29,343 nt of DNA from Macrostomum lignano (taxonomy: Eukaryota): NCBI GenBank assembly GCA_002269645.1, contig NIVC01002228.1, positions 1 to 29,343 of the forward strand, written 5' to 3'. Under the pieces are notes generated by a model, which saw nothing but the letters and a program-made list of their open reading frames with translations, ran no database searches and was not told where the DNA came from. Position 1 is the stretch's first letter, and each line of letters starts with the position of its first letter. The position numbers and the translations under genes were made by a program. This document shows, in pieces, positions 29,136 through 29,343 of the stretch.

Positions 29136-29343
29136 GTAAGTGACTGACTTAGCGAGTGAGTGAGTGAGTAAGTGGAGTGAGTAAGTGAGTGAGTAAGTGA
29201 GTGAGTTCAAGAGTGAGTGAGTTCAAGAGTGAGTGAGTTCAAGAGTGAGTGAGTTCAAGAGTGAGTGAGTTCAAGAGTGAGTGAGTTAAGAGTGAGTGAG
29301 TTCAAGAGTGAATGAGTTAAGAGTGAGTGAGTTCAAGAGTGCT
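29136..29343. repeat. (GAGT)n microsatellite grading into a 16-bp unit GAGTTCAAGAGTGAGT, intron 2 of DEG/ENaC copy 2
   Basis: Directly visible; truncated by the window end. Confidence 0.9.

Overview
Eukaryotic (invertebrate animal) genomic DNA with spliceosomal introns; a flatworm such as Macrostomum is plausible but is only an inference from style and content. Left to right: (1) the 5' part of a UBR4/p600 N-recognin gene on the minus strand (exon 1 at 11046, running off the left edge just before the UBR box). Its first intron holds an intact DD37D/maT mariner-type transposon and a non-autonomous hAT element with an 8-bp TSD, and a later intron holds a tRNA-derived SINE-like insert. (2) A 3-exon gene (~307 aa) resembling the tandem cyclic-nucleotide-binding region of PKG/PKA-R, with no kinase domain and degenerate binding cassettes. 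(3) A 17-bp minisatellite. (4) The main find: a ~12-exon DEG/ENaC channel gene (16292-22152, minus, ~1100 aa) whose finger region carries two kringle domains, with a WSC domain exon nested inside kringle 1. (5) A decayed intron-containing Crypton (tyrosine recombinase) element marked by a recurring GTCTATGG 8-mer. (6) A second, inverted DEG/ENaC-kringle paralog running off the right edge, showing a mosaic of near-identical and diverged blocks relative to copy 1. Gene models were built by hand from splice sites and reading-frame phase. Family assignments come from remembered motifs, not from database searches. Several single-base frameshifts in homopolymers suggest assembly indel errors.
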